This document shows positions 39,401-54,200 of a stretch of DNA of 64,000 bases, piece by piece. The number at the start of each line of letters is the position of its first letter. Position 1 is the stretch's first letter. The notes under the pieces were generated by a model. That model saw only the letters and a program-made list of their open reading frames with translations. It made no database searches and was not told where the DNA came from. Source of the DNA: Nemertoderma westbladi (taxonomy: Eukaryota; Animalia; Xenacoelomorpha); the NCBI GenBank assembly GCA_032718475.1, contig JAUCBJ010001183.1, positions 8,773-72,772 of the forward strand, given 5' to 3'. Both the position numbers and the translations under genes were made by a program.

Positions 39401-42400
39401 GATGAGTAGTAGAGTAAACAAAACTTAGAGTGCTGTGTGAACCCGGTAGAGGAGTAGTAGAGTAAACAAAACTTAGAGTGCTGTGTGAACCCGGTAGATG
39501 AGTAGTAGAGTGCTGTGTGAACCTGGTAGCTGAGTAGTAGAGTAAACAAAACTTTGAGTTCTGTGTGAACCCGGTAGATGAGTAGTAGAGTAAACAAAAC
39601 GTAGGCTGTGTGAACCCGGTAGAGGAGTAGTAGAGTAAACAAAACTTAGAGTGCTGTGTGAACCCGGTAGATGAGTAGTAGAGTAAACAAAACTTAGAGT
39701 GCTGTGTGAACCCGGTAGATGAGTAGTAGTGTAAACAAAACTTTGAGTGCTGTGTGAACCCGGTAGATGAGTAGTAGAGTAAACAAAACGTAGGCTGTGT
39801 GAACCCGGTAGAGGAGTAGTAGAGTAAACAAAACTTAGAGTGCTGTGTGAACCCGGTAGATGAGTAGTAGAGTAAACAAAACTTAGAGTGCTGTGTGAAC
39901 CCGGTAGATGAGTAGTAGAGTAAACAAAACTTAGAGTGCTGTGTGAACCCGGTAGATGAGTAGTAGAGTAAACAAAACGTAGGCTGTGTGAACCCGGTAG
40001 AGGAGTAGTAGAGTAAACACAACTTAGAGTGCTGTGTGAACCCGGTAGATGAGTAGTAGAGTAAACAAAACTTAGAGTGCTGTGTGAACCCGGTAGATGA
40101 GGAGTAGAGTAAACAAAACTTAGAGTGCTGTGTGAACCCGGTAGAGGAGTAGTAGAGTAAACAAAACTTAGAGTGCTGTGTGAACCCGGTAGATGAGTAG
40201 TAGAGTAAACAAAACGTAGGCTGTGTGAACCCGGTAGATGAGTAGTAGAGTAAACAAAACTTAGAGTGCTGTGTGAATCCGGTAGATGAGTAGTAGAGTA
40301 AACAAAACTTAGAGTGCTGTGTGAACCCGGTAGATGAGTAGTAGAGTAAACAAAACTTAGAGTGCTGTGTGAACCCGGTAGATGAGTAGTAGAGTAAACA
40401 AAACGTAGGCTGTGTGAACCCGGTAGCTGAGTAGTAGAGTAAACAAAACTTAGAGTGCTGTGTGAACCCGGTAGATGAGTAGTAGAGTAAACAAAACTTA
40501 GAGTGCTGTGTGAACCCGGTAGATGAGTAGTAGAGTAAACAAAACTTAGAGTGCTGTGTGAACCCGGTAGATGAGTAGTAGAGTAAACAAAACTTAGAGT
40601 TCTGTGTGAACCCGGTAGATGAGTAGTAGAGTAAACACAACTTTGAGTGCTGTGTGAACCCGGTAGATGAGTAGTAGAGTAAACACAACTTTGAGTGCTG
40701 TGTGAACCCGGTAGATGAGTAGTAGAGTAAACAAAACGTAGGCTGTGTGAACCCGGTAGATGAGTAGTAGAGTAAACAAAACTTAGAGTGATGTGTGAAC
40801 CCGGTAGATGAGTAGTAGAGTAAACAAAACTTAGAGTTCTGTGTGAACCTGGTAGATGAGTAGTAGAGTAAACAAAACTTTGAGTGCTGTGTGAACCCGG
40901 TAGCTGAGTAGTAGAGTAAACAAAACTTAGAGTGCTGTGTAAACCTGGTAGATGAGTAGTAGAGTAAACAAAACTTAGAGTGCTGTGTGAACCCGGTAGA
41001 GGAGTAGTAGAGTAAACAAAACTTAGAGTGCTGTGTGAACCCGGTAGATGAGTAGTAGAGTGCTGTGTGAACCTGGTAGCTGAGTAGTAGAGTAAACAAA
41101 ACTTTGAGTTCTGTGTGAACCCGGTAGATGAGTAGTAGAGTAAACAAAACGTAGGCTGTGTGAACCCGGTAGAGGAGTAGTAGAGTAAACAAAACTTAGA
41201 GTGCTGTGTGAACCCGGTAGATGAGTAGTAGAGTAAACAAAACTTAGAGTGCTGTGTGAACCCGGTAGATGAGTAGTAGTGTAAACAAAACTTTGAGTGC
41301 TGTGTGAACCCGGTAGATGAGTAGTAGAGTAAACAAAACGTAGGCTGTGTGAACCCGGTAGAGGAGTAGTAGAGTAAACAAAACTTAGAGTGCTGTGTGA
41401 ACCCGGTAGATGAGTAGTAGAGTAAACAAAACTTAGAGTGCTGTGTGAACCCGGTAGATGAGTAGTAGAGTAAACAAAACTTAGAGTGCTGTGTGAACCC
41501 AGTAGATGAGTAGTAGAGTAAACAAAACGTAGGCTGTGTGAACCCGGTAGAGGAGTAGTAGAGTAAACACAACTTAGAGTGCTGTGTGAACCCGGTAGAT
41601 GAGTAGTAGAGTAAACAAAACTTAGAGTGCTGTGTGAACCCGGTAGATGAGTAGTAGAGTAAACAAAACTTAGAGTGCTGTGTGAACCCGGTAGAGGAGT
41701 AGTAGAGTAAACAAAACTTAGAGTGCTGTGTGAACCCGGTAGATGAGTAGTAGAGTAAACAAAACTTAGAGTGCTGTGTGAACCCGGTAGATGATTAGTA
41801 GAGTAAACAAAACTTAGAGTGCTGTGTGAACCCGGTAGATGAGTAGTAGTGTAAACAAAACTTTGAGTGCTGTGTGAACCCGGTAGATGAGTAGTAGAGT
41901 AAACAAAACGTAGGCTGTGTGAACCCAGTAGATGAGTAGTAGAGTAAACAAAACTTAGAGTGCTGTGTGAACCCGGTAGATGAGTAGTAGAGTAAACAAA
42001 ACTTAGAGTGCTGTGTGAACCCGGTAGATGAGTAGTAGAGTAAACAAAACTTAGAGTGCTGTGTGAACCCGGTAGATGAGTAGTAGAGTAAACAAAACGT
42101 AGGCTGTGTGAACCCGGTAGCTGAGTAGTAGAGTAAACAAAACTTAGAGTGCTGTGTGAACCCGGTAGATGAGTAGTAGAGTAAACAAAACTTAGAGTGC
42201 TGTGTGAACCCGGTAGATGAGTAGTAGAGTAAACAAAACTTAGAGTGCTGTGTGAATCCGGTAGATGAGTAGTAGAGTAAACAAAACTTAGAGTTCTGTG
42301 TGAACCCGGTAGATGAGTAGTAGAGTAAACACAACTCTGAGTGCTGTGTGAACCCGGTAGATGAGTAGTAGAGTAAACACAACTTTGAGTGCTGTGTGAA

Positions 42401-45030
42401 CCCGGTAGATGAGTAGTAGAGTAAACAAAACTTAGAGTGCTATGTGAACCCGGTAGATGAGTAGTAGAGTAAACAAAACTTAGAGTGCTGTGTGAACCCG
42501 GTAGATGAGTAGTAGAGTAAACAAAACTTAGAGTGCTGTGTGAACCTGGTAGATGAGTAGTAGAGTAAACAAAACTTTGAGTGCTGTGTGAACCCGGTAG
42601 ATGAGTAGTAGAGTAAACAAAACTTTGAGTGCTGTGTGAACCCGGTAGATGAGTAGTAGAGTAAACAAAACTTAGAGTGCTGTGTGAACCCGGTAGATGA
42701 GTAGTAGAGTAAACAAAACTTTGAGTTCTGTGTGAACCCGGTAGATGAGTAGTAGAGTAAACAAAACGTAGGCTGTGTGAACCCGGTAGAGGAGTAGTAG
42801 AGTAAACAAAACTTAGAGTGCTGTGTGAACCCGGTAGATGAGTAGTAGAGTAAACAAAACTTAGAGTGCTGTGTGAACCCGGTAGATGAGTAGTAGTGTA
42901 AACAAAACTTTGAGTGCTGTGTGAACCCGGTAGATGAGTAGTAGAGTAAACAAAACGTAGGCTGTGTGAACCCGGTAGAGGAGTAGTAGAGTAAACAAAA
43001 CTTAGAGTGCTGTGTGAACCCGGTAGATGAGTAGTAGAGTAAACAAAACTTAGAGTGCTGTGTGAACCCGGTAGATGAGTAGTAGAGTAAACAAAACTTA
43101 GAGTGCTGTGTGAACCCGGTAGATGAGTAGTAGAGTAAACAAAACGTAGGCTGTGTGAACCCGGTAGAGGAGTAGTAGAGTAAACAAAACTTAGAGTGCT
43201 GTGTGAACCCGGTAGATGAGTAGTAGAGTAAACAAAACTTAGAGTGCTGTGTGAACCCGGTAGATGAGTAGTAGAGTAAACAAAACTTAGAGTGCTGTGT
43301 GAACCCGGTAGAGGAGTAGTAGAGTAAACAAAACTTAGAGTGCTGTGTGAACCCGGTAGATGAGTAGTAGAGTAAACAAAACTTAGAGTGCTGTGTGAAC
43401 CCGGTAGATGAGTAGTAGAGTAAACAAAACTTAGAGTGCTGTGTGAACCCGGTAGATGAGTAGTAGTGTAAACAAAACTTTGAGTGCTGTGTGAACCCGG
43501 TAGATGAGTAGTAGAGTAAACAAAACGTAGGCTGTGTGAACCCGGTAGATGAGTAGTAGAGTAAACAAAACTTAGAGTGATGTGTGAACCCGGTAGATGA
43601 GTAGTAGAGTAAACAAAACTTAGAGTTCTGTGTGAACCCGGTAGATGAGTAGTAGAGTAAACAAAACTTTGAGTGCTGTGTGAACCCGGTAGCTGAGTAG
43701 TAGAGTAAACAAAACTTAGAGTGCTGTGTGAACCTGGTAGATGAGTAGTAGAGTAAACAAAACTTAGAGTGCTGTGTGAACCCGGTAGAGGAGTAGTAGA
43801 GTAAACAAAACTTAGAGTGCTGTGTGAACCCGGTAGATGAGTAGTAGAGTGCTGTGTGAACCTGGTAGCTGAGTAGTAGAGTAAACAAAACTTTGAGTTC
43901 TGTGTGAACCCGGTAGATGAGTAGTAGAGTAAACAAAACGTAGGCTGTGTGAACCCGGTAGAGGAGTAGTAGAGTAAACAAAACTTAGAGTGCTGTGTGA
44001 ACCCGGTAGATGAGTAGTAGAGTAAACAAAACTTAGAGTGCTGTGTGAACCCGGTAGATGAGTAGTAGTGTAAACAAAACTTTGAGTGCTGTGTGAACCC
44101 GGTAGATGAGTAGTAGAGTAAACAAAACGTAGGCTGTGTGAACCCGGTAGAGGAGTAGTAGAGTAAACAAAACTTAGAGTGCTGTGTGAACCCGGTAGAT
44201 GAGTAGTAGAGTAAACAAAACTTAGAGTGCTGTGTGAACCCGGTAGATGAGTAGTAGAGTAAACAAAACTTAGAGTGCTGTGTGAACCCGGTAGATGAGT
44301 AGTAGAGTAAACAAAACGTAGGCTGTGTGAACCCGGTAGAGGAGTAGTAGAGTAAACACAACTTAGAGTGCTGTGTGAACCCGGTAGATGAGTAGTAGAG
44401 TAAACAAAACTTAGAGTGCTGTGTGAACCCGGTAGATGAGTAGTAGAGTAAACAAAACTTAGAGTGCTGTGTGAACCCGGTAGAGGAGTAGTAGAGTAAA
44501 CAAAACTTAGAGTGCTGTGTGAACCCGGTAGATGAGTAGTAGAGTAAACAAAACGTAGGCTGTGTGAACCCGGTAGATGAGTAGTAGAGTAAACAAAACT
44601 TAGAGTGCTGTGTGAACCCGGTAGATGAGTAGTAGAGTAAACAAAACTTAGAGTGCTGTGTGAACCCGGTAGATGAGTAGTAGAGTAAACAAAACTTAGA
44701 GTGCTGTGTGAACCCGGTAGATGAGTAGTAGAGTAAACAAAACGTAGGCTGTGTGAACCCGGTAGCTGAGTAGTAGAGTAAACAAAACTTAGAGTGCTGT
44801 GTGAACCCGGTAGATGAGTAGTAGAGTAAACAAAACTTAGAGTGCTGTGTGAACCCGGTAGATGAGTAGTAGAGTAAACAAAACTTAGAGTGCTGTGTGA
44901 ACCCGGTAGATGAGTAGTAGAGTAAACAAAACTTAGAGTTCTGTGTGAACCCGGTAGATGAGTAGTAGAGTAAACACAACTTTGAGTGCTGTGTGAACCC
45001 GGTAGATGAGTAGTAGAGTAAACACAACTT
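36420..45030. repeat. ~4.3-4.4-kb higher-order duplication
   Basis: Private variants GATTAG (~37375/41794), GAATCCGG (~37838/42257) and CAACTCTG (~37917/42336) sit at a 4419 offset. The offset is 4323 upstream and 4339 downstream owing to monomer gain/loss. Boundaries approximate. Confidence 0.8.
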
Positions 45031-48000
45031 TGAGTGCTGTGTGAACCCGGTAGATGAGTAGTAGAGTAAACAAAACTTAGAGTGCTATGTGAACCCGGTA
45101 GATGAGTAGTAGAGTAAACAAAACTTAGAGTGCTGTGTGAACCCGGTAGATGAGTAGTAGAGTAAACAAAACTTAGAGTGCTGTGTGAACCCGGTAGATG
45201 AGTAGTAGAGTAAACAAAACTTAGAGTGCTGTGTGAACCCGGTAGATGAGTAGTAGAGTAAACAAAACGTAGGCTGTGTGAACCCGGTAGCTGAGTAGTA
45301 GAGTAAACAAAACTTAGAGTGCTGTGTGAACCCGGTAGATGAGTAGTAGAGTAAACAAAACTTAGAGTGCTGTGTGAACCCGGTAGAGGAGTAGTAGAGT
45401 AAACAAAACTTAGAGTGCTGTGTGAACCCGGTAGATGAGTAGTAGAGTAAACAAAACTTAGAGTTCTGTGTGAACCCGGTAGATGAGTAGTAGAGTAAAC
45501 AAAACTGTGAGTGCTGTGTGAACCCGGTAGATGAGTAGTAGAGTAAACAAAACTTAGAGTGCTGTGTGAACCCGGTAGATGAGTAGTAGAATAAACAAAA
45601 CTTTGAGTGCTGTGTGAACCCGGTAGATGAGTAGTAGAGTAAACAAAACTTAGAGTGCTGTGTGAACCCGGTAGATGAGTAGTAGAGTAAACAAAACGCT
45701 ATGTGAACCCGGTAGATGAGTAGTAGAGTAAACAAAACTTAGAGTGCTGTGTGAACCCGGTAGATGAGTAGTAGAGTAAACAAAACTTAGAGTTCTGTGT
45801 GAACCCGGTAGCTGAGTAGTACAGTAAACAAAACTTAGAGTGCTGTGTGAACCCGGTAGATGAGTAGTAGAGCAAACAAAACTTTGAGTGCTGTGTGAAC
45901 CCGGTAGATGAATAGTAAAGTAAACAAAACTTAGAGTGCTGTGTGAACCCGGTAGATGAGTAGTAGAGTAAACAAAACTTAGAGTGCTATGTGAACCCGG
46001 TAGATGAGTAGTAGAGTAAACAAAACGCTATGTGAACCTGGTAGATGAGTAGTAGAGTAAACAAAACTTAGAGTGGTGTGTGAACCCGGTAGATGAGTAG
46101 TAGAGTAAACAAAACTTAGAGTGCTGTGTGAACCCGGTAGATGAGTAGTAGAGCAAACAAAACTTTGAGTGCTGTGTGAACCCGGTAGATGAATAGTAAA
46201 GTAAACAAAACTTAGAGTGCTGTGTGAACCCGGTAGATGAGTAGTAGAGTAAACAAAACTTAGAGTGCTGTGTGAACCCGGTAGATGAGTAGTAGAGTAA
46301 ACAAAACTTAGAGTGCTATGTGAACCCGGTAGATGAGTAGTAGAGTAAACAAAACGCTATGTGAACCTGGTAGATGAGTAGTAGAGTAAACAAAGCTTAG
46401 AGTGCTGTGTGAACCCGGTAGATGAGTAGTAGAGTAAACAAAACTTAGAGTGCTGTGTGAACCCGGTAGATGAGTAGTAGAGTAAACAAAACTTTGAGTG
46501 CTATGTGAACCCGGTAGATGAGTAGTAGAGTAAACAAAACTTAGAGTGGTGTGTGAACCCGGTAGATGAGTAGTAGAGTAAACAAAACTTTGAGTGCTAT
46601 GTGAACCCGGTAGATGAGTAGTAGAGTAAACAAAACTTAGAGTGGTGTGTGAACCCGGTAGATGAGTAGTAGAGTAAACAAAACTTTGAGTGCTGTGTGA
46701 ACCCGGTAGATGAGTAGTAGAGTAAACAAAACTTAGAGTGGTGTGTGAACCCGGTAGATGAGTAGTAGAGTAAACAAAACTTTGAGTGCTGTGTGAACCC
46801 AGTAGATGAGTAGTAGAGTAAACAAAACTTAGAGTGCTGTGTGAACCCGGTAGAGGAGTAGTAGAGTAAACAAAACTTTGAGTGCTGTGTGAACCCGGTA
46901 GATGAGTAGTAGAGTAAACAAAACTCTAGAGTGGTGTGTGAACCCGGTAGCTGAGTAGTAGAGTAAACAAAACGTAGAGTGCTGTGTGAACCCGGTAGCT
47001 GAGTAGTAGAGTAAACAAAACTTAGAGTGGTGTGTGAACCCGGTAGCTGAGTAGTAGAGTAAACAAAACTTAGAGTGGTGTGTGAACCCAGTAGCTGAGT
47101 AGTAGAGTAAACAAAACGTAGAGTGCTGTGTGAACCCGGTAGCTGAGTAGTAGAGTAAACAAAACGTAGAGTGCTGTGTGAACCCGGTAGATGAGTAGTA
47201 GAGTAAACAAAACTTTGAGTGCTGTGTGAACCCGGTAGCTGAGTAGTAGAGTAAACAAAACGTAGAGTGCTGTGTGAACCCGGTAGCTGAGTAGTAGAGT
47301 AAACAAAACGTAGAGTGCTGTGTGAACCCGGTAGATGAGTAGTAGAGTAAACAAAACTTAGAGTGCTGTGTGAACCCGGTAGATGAGTAGTAGAGTAAAC
47401 AAAACTTAGAGTGCTGTGTGAACCCGGTAGATGAGTAGTAGAGTAAACAAAACTTAGAGTTCTGTGTGAACCCGGTAGATGAGTAGTAGAGTAAACAAAA
47501 CTTTGAGTGCTGTGTGAACCCGGTAGCTGAGTAGTAGAGTAAACAAAACTTAGAGTGCTGTGTGAACCTGGTAGATGAGTAGTAGAGTAAACAAAACTTA
47601 GAGTGCTGTGTGAACCCGGTAGAGGAGTAGTAGAGTAAACAAAACTTAGAGTGCTGTGTGAACCCGGTAGATGAGTAGTAGAGTGCTGTGTGAACCTGGT
47701 AGCTGAGTAGTAGAGTAAACAAAACTTTGAGTGCTGTGTGAACCCGGTAGATGAGTAGTAGAGTAAACAAAACTTAGAGTTCTGTGTGAACCCGGTAGAT
47801 GAGTAGTAGAGTAAACAAAACTTTGAGTGCTGTGTGAACCCGGTAGCTGAGTAGTAGAGTAAACAAAACTTAGAGTGCTGTGTGAACCTGGTAGATGAGT
47901 AGTAGAGTAAACAAAACTAAGAGTGCTGTGTGAACCCGGTAGAGGAGTAGTAGAGTAAACAAAACTTAGAGTGCTGTGTGAACCCGGTAGATGAGTAGTA

Positions 48001-48249
48001 GAGTGCTGTGTGAACCTGGTAGCTGAGTAGTAGAGTAAACAAAACTTTGAGTGCTGTGTGAACCCGGTAGATGAGTAGTAGAGTAAACAAAACGTAGGCT
48101 GTGTGAACCCGGTAGAGGAGTAGTAGAGTAAACAAAACTTAGAGTGCTGTGTGAACCCGGTAGATGAGTAGTAGAGTAAACAAAACTTAGAGTGCTGTGT
48201 GAACCCGGTAGATGAGTAGTAGTGTAAACAAAACTTTGAGTGCTGTGTG

Positions 48250-51200
48250 AACCCGGTAGATGAGTAGTAGAGTAAACAAAACGTAGGCTGTGTGAACCCG
48301 GTAGAGGAGTAGTAGAGTAAACAAAACTTAGAGTGCTGTGTGAACCCGGTAGATGAGTAGTAGAGTAAACAAAACTTAGAGTGCTGTGTGAACCCGGTAG
48401 ATGAGTAGTAGAGTAAACAAAACTTAGAGTGCTGTGTGAACCCGGTAGATGAGTAGTAGAGTAAACAAAACGTAGGCTGTGTGAACCCGGTAGAGGAGTA
48501 GTAGAGTAAACAAAACTTAGAGTGCTGTGTGAACCCGGTAGATGAGTAGTAGAGTAAACAAAACTTAGAGTGCTGTGTGAACCCGGTAGATGAGTAGTAG
48601 AGTAAACAAAACTTAGAGTGCTGTGTGAACCCGGTAGAGGAGTAGTAGAGTAAACAAAACTTAGAGTGCTGTGTGAACCCGGTAGATGAGTAGTAGAGTA
48701 AACAAAACTTAGAGTGCTGTGTGAACCCGGTAGATGAGTAGTAGAGTAAACAAAACTTAGAGTGCTGTGTGAACCCGGTAGATGAGTAGTAGTGTAAACA
48801 AAACTTTGAGTGCTGTGTGAACCCGGTAGATGAGTAGTAGAGTAAACAAAACGTAGGCTGTGTGAACCCGGTAGATGAGTAGTAGAGTAAACAAAACTTA
48901 GAGTGATGTGTGAACCCGGTAGATGAGTAGTAGAGTAAACAAAACTTAGAGTTCTGTGTGAACCCGGTAGATGAGTAGTAGAGTAAACAAAACTTTGAGT
49001 GCTGTGTGAACCCGGTAGCTGAGTAGTAGAGTAAACAAAACTTAGAGTGCTGTGTGAACCTGGTAGATGAGTAGTAGAGTAAACAAAACTTAGAGTGCTG
49101 TGTGAACCCGGTAGAGGAGTAGTAGAGTAAACAAAACTTAGAGTGCTGTGTGAACCCGGTAGATGAGTAGTAGAGTGCTGTGTGAACCTGGTAGCTGAGT
49201 AGTAGAGTAAACAAAACTTTGAGTTCTGTGTGAACCCGGTAGATGAGTAGTAGAGTAAACAAAACGTAGGCTGTGTGAACCCGGTAGAGGAGTAGTAGAG
49301 TAAACAAAACTTAGAGTGCTGTGTGAACCCGGTAGATGAGTAGTAGAGTAAACAAAACTTAGAGTGCTGTGTGAACCCGGTAGATGAGTAGTAGTGTAAA
49401 CAAAACTTTGAGTGCTGTGTGAACCCGGTAGATGAGTAGTAGAGTAAACAAAACGTAGGCTGTGTGAACCCGGTAGAGGAGTAGTAGAGTAAACAAAACT
49501 TAGAGTGCTGTGTGAACCCGGTAGATGAGTAGTAGAGTAAACAAAACTTAGAGTGCTGTGTGAACCCGGTAGATGAGTAGTAGAGTAAACAAAACTTAGA
49601 GTGCTGTGTGAACCCGGTAGATGAGTAGTAGAGTAAACAAAACGTAGGCTGTGTGAACCCGGTAGAGGAGTAGTAGAGTAAACACAACTTAGAGTGCTGT
49701 GTGAACCCGGTAGATGAGTAGTAGAGTAAACAAAACTTAGAGTGCTGTGTGAACCCGGTAGATGAGTAGTAGAGTAAACAAAACTTAGAGTGCTGTGTGA
49801 ACCCGGTAGAGGAGTAGTAGAGTAAACAAAACTTAGAGTGCTGTGTGAACCCGGTAGATGAGTAGTAGAGTAAACAAAACTTAGAGTGCTGTGTGAACCC
49901 GGTAGATGAGTAGTAGAGTAAACAAAACTTAGAGTGCTGTGTGAACCCGGTAGATGAGTAGTAGTGTAAACAAAACTTTGAGTGCTGTGTGAACCCGGTA
50001 GATGAGTAGTAGAGTAAACAAAACGTAGGCTGTGTGAACCCAGTAGATGAGTAGTAGAGTAAACAAAACTTAGAGTGCTGTGTGAACCCGGTAGATGAGT
50101 AGTAGAGTAAACAAAACTTAGAGTGCTGTGTGAACCCGGTAGATGAGTAGTAGAGTAAACAAAACTTAGAGTGCTGTGTGAACCCGGTAGATGAGTAGTA
50201 GAGTAAACAAAACGTAGGCTGTGTGAACCCGGTAGCTGAGTAGTAGAGTAAACAAAACTTAGAGTGCTGTGTGAACCCGGTAGATGAGTAGTAGAGTAAA
50301 CAAAACTTAGAGTGCTGTGTGAACCCGGTAGATGAGTAGTAGAGTAAACAAAACTTAGAGTGCTGTGTGAATCCGGTAGATGAGTAGTAGAGTAAACAAA
50401 ACTTAGAGTTCTGTGTGAACCCGGTAGATGAGTAGTAGAGTAAACACAACTCTGAGTGCTGTGTGAACCCGGTAGATGAGTAGTAGAGTAAACACAACTT
50501 TGAGTGCTGTGTGAACCCGGTAGATGAGTAGTAGAGTAAACAAAACTTAGAGTGCTATGTGAACCCGGTAGATGAGTAGTAGAGTAAACAAAACTTAGAG
50601 TGCTGTGTGAACCCGGTAGATGAGTAGTAGAGTAAACAAAACTTAGAGTGCTGTGTGAACCTGGTAGATGAGTAGTAGAGTAAACAAAACTTTGAGTGCT
50701 GTGTGAACCCGGTAGATGAGTAGTAGAGTAAACAAAACTTTGAGTGCTGTGTGAACCCGGTAGATGAGTAGTAGAGTAAACAAAACTTAGAGTGCTGTGT
50801 GAACCCGGTAGATGAGTAGTAGAGTAAACAAAACTTTGAGTGCTGTGTGAACCCGGTAGATGAGTACTAGAGTAAACAAATCTTTGAGTGCTGTGTGAAC
50901 CCGGTAGATGAGTAGTAGAGTAAACAAAACTTTGAGTGCTATGTGAACCCGGTAGATGAGTAGTAGAGTAAACAAAACTTAGAGTGCTGTGTGAACCCGG
51001 TAGATGAGTAGTAGAGTAAACAAAACGCTATGTGAACCTGGTAGATGAGTAGTAGAGTAAACAAAACTTAGAGTGGTGTGTGAACCCGGTAGATGAGTAG
51101 TAGAGTAAACAAAACTTAGAGTGCTGTGTGAACCCGGTAGATGAGTAGTAGAGTAAACAAAACTTAGAGTGCTGTGTGAACCCGGTAGATGAGTAGTAGA

Positions 51201-54200
51201 GTAAACAAAACTTTGAGTGCTGTGTGAACCCGGTAGATGATAGTAGAGTAAACAAAACTTGAGTGCTGTGTGAACCCGGTAGATGAGTAGTAGAGTAAAC
51301 AAAACTTAGAGTGCTGTGTGAACCCGGTAGATGAGTAGTAGAGTAAACAAAACTTAGAGTGCTGTGTGAACCCGGTAGATGAGTAGTAGTGTAAACAAAA
51401 CTTTGAGTGCTGTGTGAACCCGGTAGTAGTAGAGTAAACAAAACGTAGGCTGTGTGAACCCGGTAGAGGAGTAGTAGAGTAAACAAAACTTAGAGTGCTG
51501 TGTGAACCCGGTAGATGAGTAGTAGAGTAAACAAAACTTAGAGTGCTGTGTGAACCCGGTAGATGAGTAGTAGAGTAAACAAAACTTAGAGTGCTGTGTG
51601 AACCCGGTAGATGAGTAGTAGAGTAAACAAAACGTAGGCTGTGTGAACCCGGTAGAGGAGTAGTAGAGTAAACAAAACTTAGAGTGCTGTGTGAACCCGG
51701 TAGATGAGTAGTAGAGTAAACAAAACTTAGAGTGCTGTGTGAACCTGGTAGATGAGTAGTAGAGTAAACAAAACTTAGAGTGCTGTGTGAACCCGGTAGA
51801 GGAGTAGTAGAGTAAACAAAACTTAGAGTGCTGTGTGAACCCGGTAGATGAGTAGTAGAGTAAACAAAACTTAGAGTGCTGTGTGAACCCGGTAGATGAG
51901 TAGTAGAGTAAACAAAACTTAGAGTGCTGTGTGAACCCGGTAGATGAGTAGTAGTGTAAACAAAACTTTGAGTGCTGTGTGAACCCGGTAGATGAGTAGT
52001 AGAGTAAACAAAACGTAGGCTGTGTGAACCCGGTAGATGAGTAGTAGAGTAAACAAAACTTAGAGTGATGTGTGAACCCGGTAGATGAGTAGTAGAGTAA
52101 ACAAAACTTAGAGTTCTGTGTGAACCCGGTAGATGAGTAGTAGAGTAAACAAAACTTTGAGTGCTGTGTGAACCCGGTAGATGAGTAGTAGTGTAAACAA
52201 AACTTTGAGTGCTGTGTGAACCCGGTAGTAGTAGAGTAAACAAAACGTAGGCTGTGTGAACCCGGTAGAGGAGTAGTAGAGTAAACAAAACTTAGAGTGC
52301 TGTGTGAACCCGGTAGATGAGTAGTAGAGTAAACAAAACTTAGAGTGCTGTGTGAACCCGGTAGATGAGTAGTAGTGTAAACAAAACTTTGAGTGCTGTG
52401 TGAACCCGGTAGTAGTAGAGTAAACAAAACGTAGGCTGTGTGAACCCGGTAGAGGAGTAGTAGAGTAAACAAAACTTAGAGTGCTGTGTGAACCCGGTAG
52501 ATGAGTAGTAGAGTAAACAAAACTTAGAGTGCTGTGTGAACCCGGTAGATGAGTAGTAGAGTAAACAAAACTTAGAGTGCTGTGTGAACCCGGTAGATGA
52601 GTAGTAGAGTAAACAAAACGTAGGCTGTGTGAACCCGGTAGAGGAGTAGTAGAGTAAACAAAACTTAGAGTGCTGTGTGAACCCGGTAGATGAGTAGTAG
52701 AGTAAACAAAACTTAGAGTGCTGTGTGAACCTGGTAGATGAGTAGTAGAGTAAACAAAACTTAGAGTGCTGTGTGAACCCGGTAGAGGAGTAGTAGAGTA
52801 AACAAAACTTAGAGTGCTGTGTGAACCCGGTAGATGAGTAGTAGAGTAAACAAAACTTAGAGTGCTGTGTGAACCCGGTAGATGAGTAGTAGAGTAAACA
52901 AAACTTAGAGTGCTGTGTGAACCCGGTAGATGAGTAGTAGTGTAAACAAAACTTTGAGTGCTGTGTGAACCCGGTAGATGAGTAGTAGAGTAAACAAAAC
53001 GTAGGCTGTGTGAACCCGGTAGATGAGTAGTAGAGTAAACAAAACTTAGAGTGATGTGTGAACCCGGTAGATGAGTAGTAGAGTAAACAAAACTTAGAGT
53101 TCTGTGTGAACCCGGTAGATGAGTAGTAGAGTAAACAAAACTTTGAGTGCTGTGTGAACCCGGTAGCTGAGTAGTAGAGTAAACAAAACTTAGAGTGCTG
53201 TGTGAACCTGGTAGATGAGTAGTAGAGTAAACAAAACTTAGAGTGCTGTGTGAACCCGGTAGAGGAGTAGTAGAGTAAACAAAACTTAGAGTGCTGTGTG
53301 AACCCGGTAGATGAGTAGTAGAGTGCTGTGTGAACCTGGTAGCTGAGTAGTAGAGTAAACAAAACTTTGAGTTCTGTGTGAACCCGGTAGATGAGTAGTA
53401 GAGTAAACAAAACGTAGGCTGTGTGAACCCGGTAGAGGAGTAGTAGAGTAAACAAAACTTAGAGTGCTGTGTGAACCCGGTAGATGAGTAGTAGAGTAAA
53501 CAAAACTTAGAGTGCTGTGTGAACCCGGTAGATGAGTAGTAGTGTAAACAAAACTTTGAGTGCTGTGTGAACCCGGTAGATGAGTAGTAGAGTAAACAAA
53601 ACGTAGGCTGTGTGAACCCGGTAGAGGAGTAGTAGAGTAAACAAAACTTAGAGTGCTGTGTGAACCCGGTAGATGAGTAGTAGAGTAAACAAAACTTAGA
53701 GTGCTGTGTGAACCCGGTAGATGAGTAGTAGAGTAAACAAAACTTAGAGTGCTGTGTGAACCCGGTAGATGAGTAGTAGAGTAAACAAAACGTAGGCTGT
53801 GTGAACCCGGTAGAGGAGTAGTAGAGTAAACACAACTTAGAGTGCTGTGTGAACCCGGTAGATGAGTAGTAGAGTAAACAAAACTTAGAGTGCTGTGTGA
53901 ACCCGGTAGATGAGTAGTAGAGTAAACAAAACTTAGAGTGCTGTGTGAACCCGGTAGAGGAGTAGTAGAGTAAACAAAACTTAGAGTGCTGTGTGAACCC
54001 GGTAGATGAGTAGTAGAGTAAACAAAACTTAGAGTGCTGTGTGAACCCGGTAGATGAGTAGTAGAGTAAACAAAACTTAGAGTGCTGTGTGAACCCGGTA
54101 GATGAGTAGTAGTGTAAACAAAACTTTGAGTGCTGTGTGAACCCGGTAGATGAGTAGTAGAGTAAACAAAACGTAGGCTGTGTGAACCCAGTAGATGAGT

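Noticed and set aside
51235-51265. Singleton small indels (two 1-bp deletions here; also ~14626, ~18941, ~32765)
   Set aside because: Each occurs once and cannot be distinguished from consensus or sequencing error without reads.
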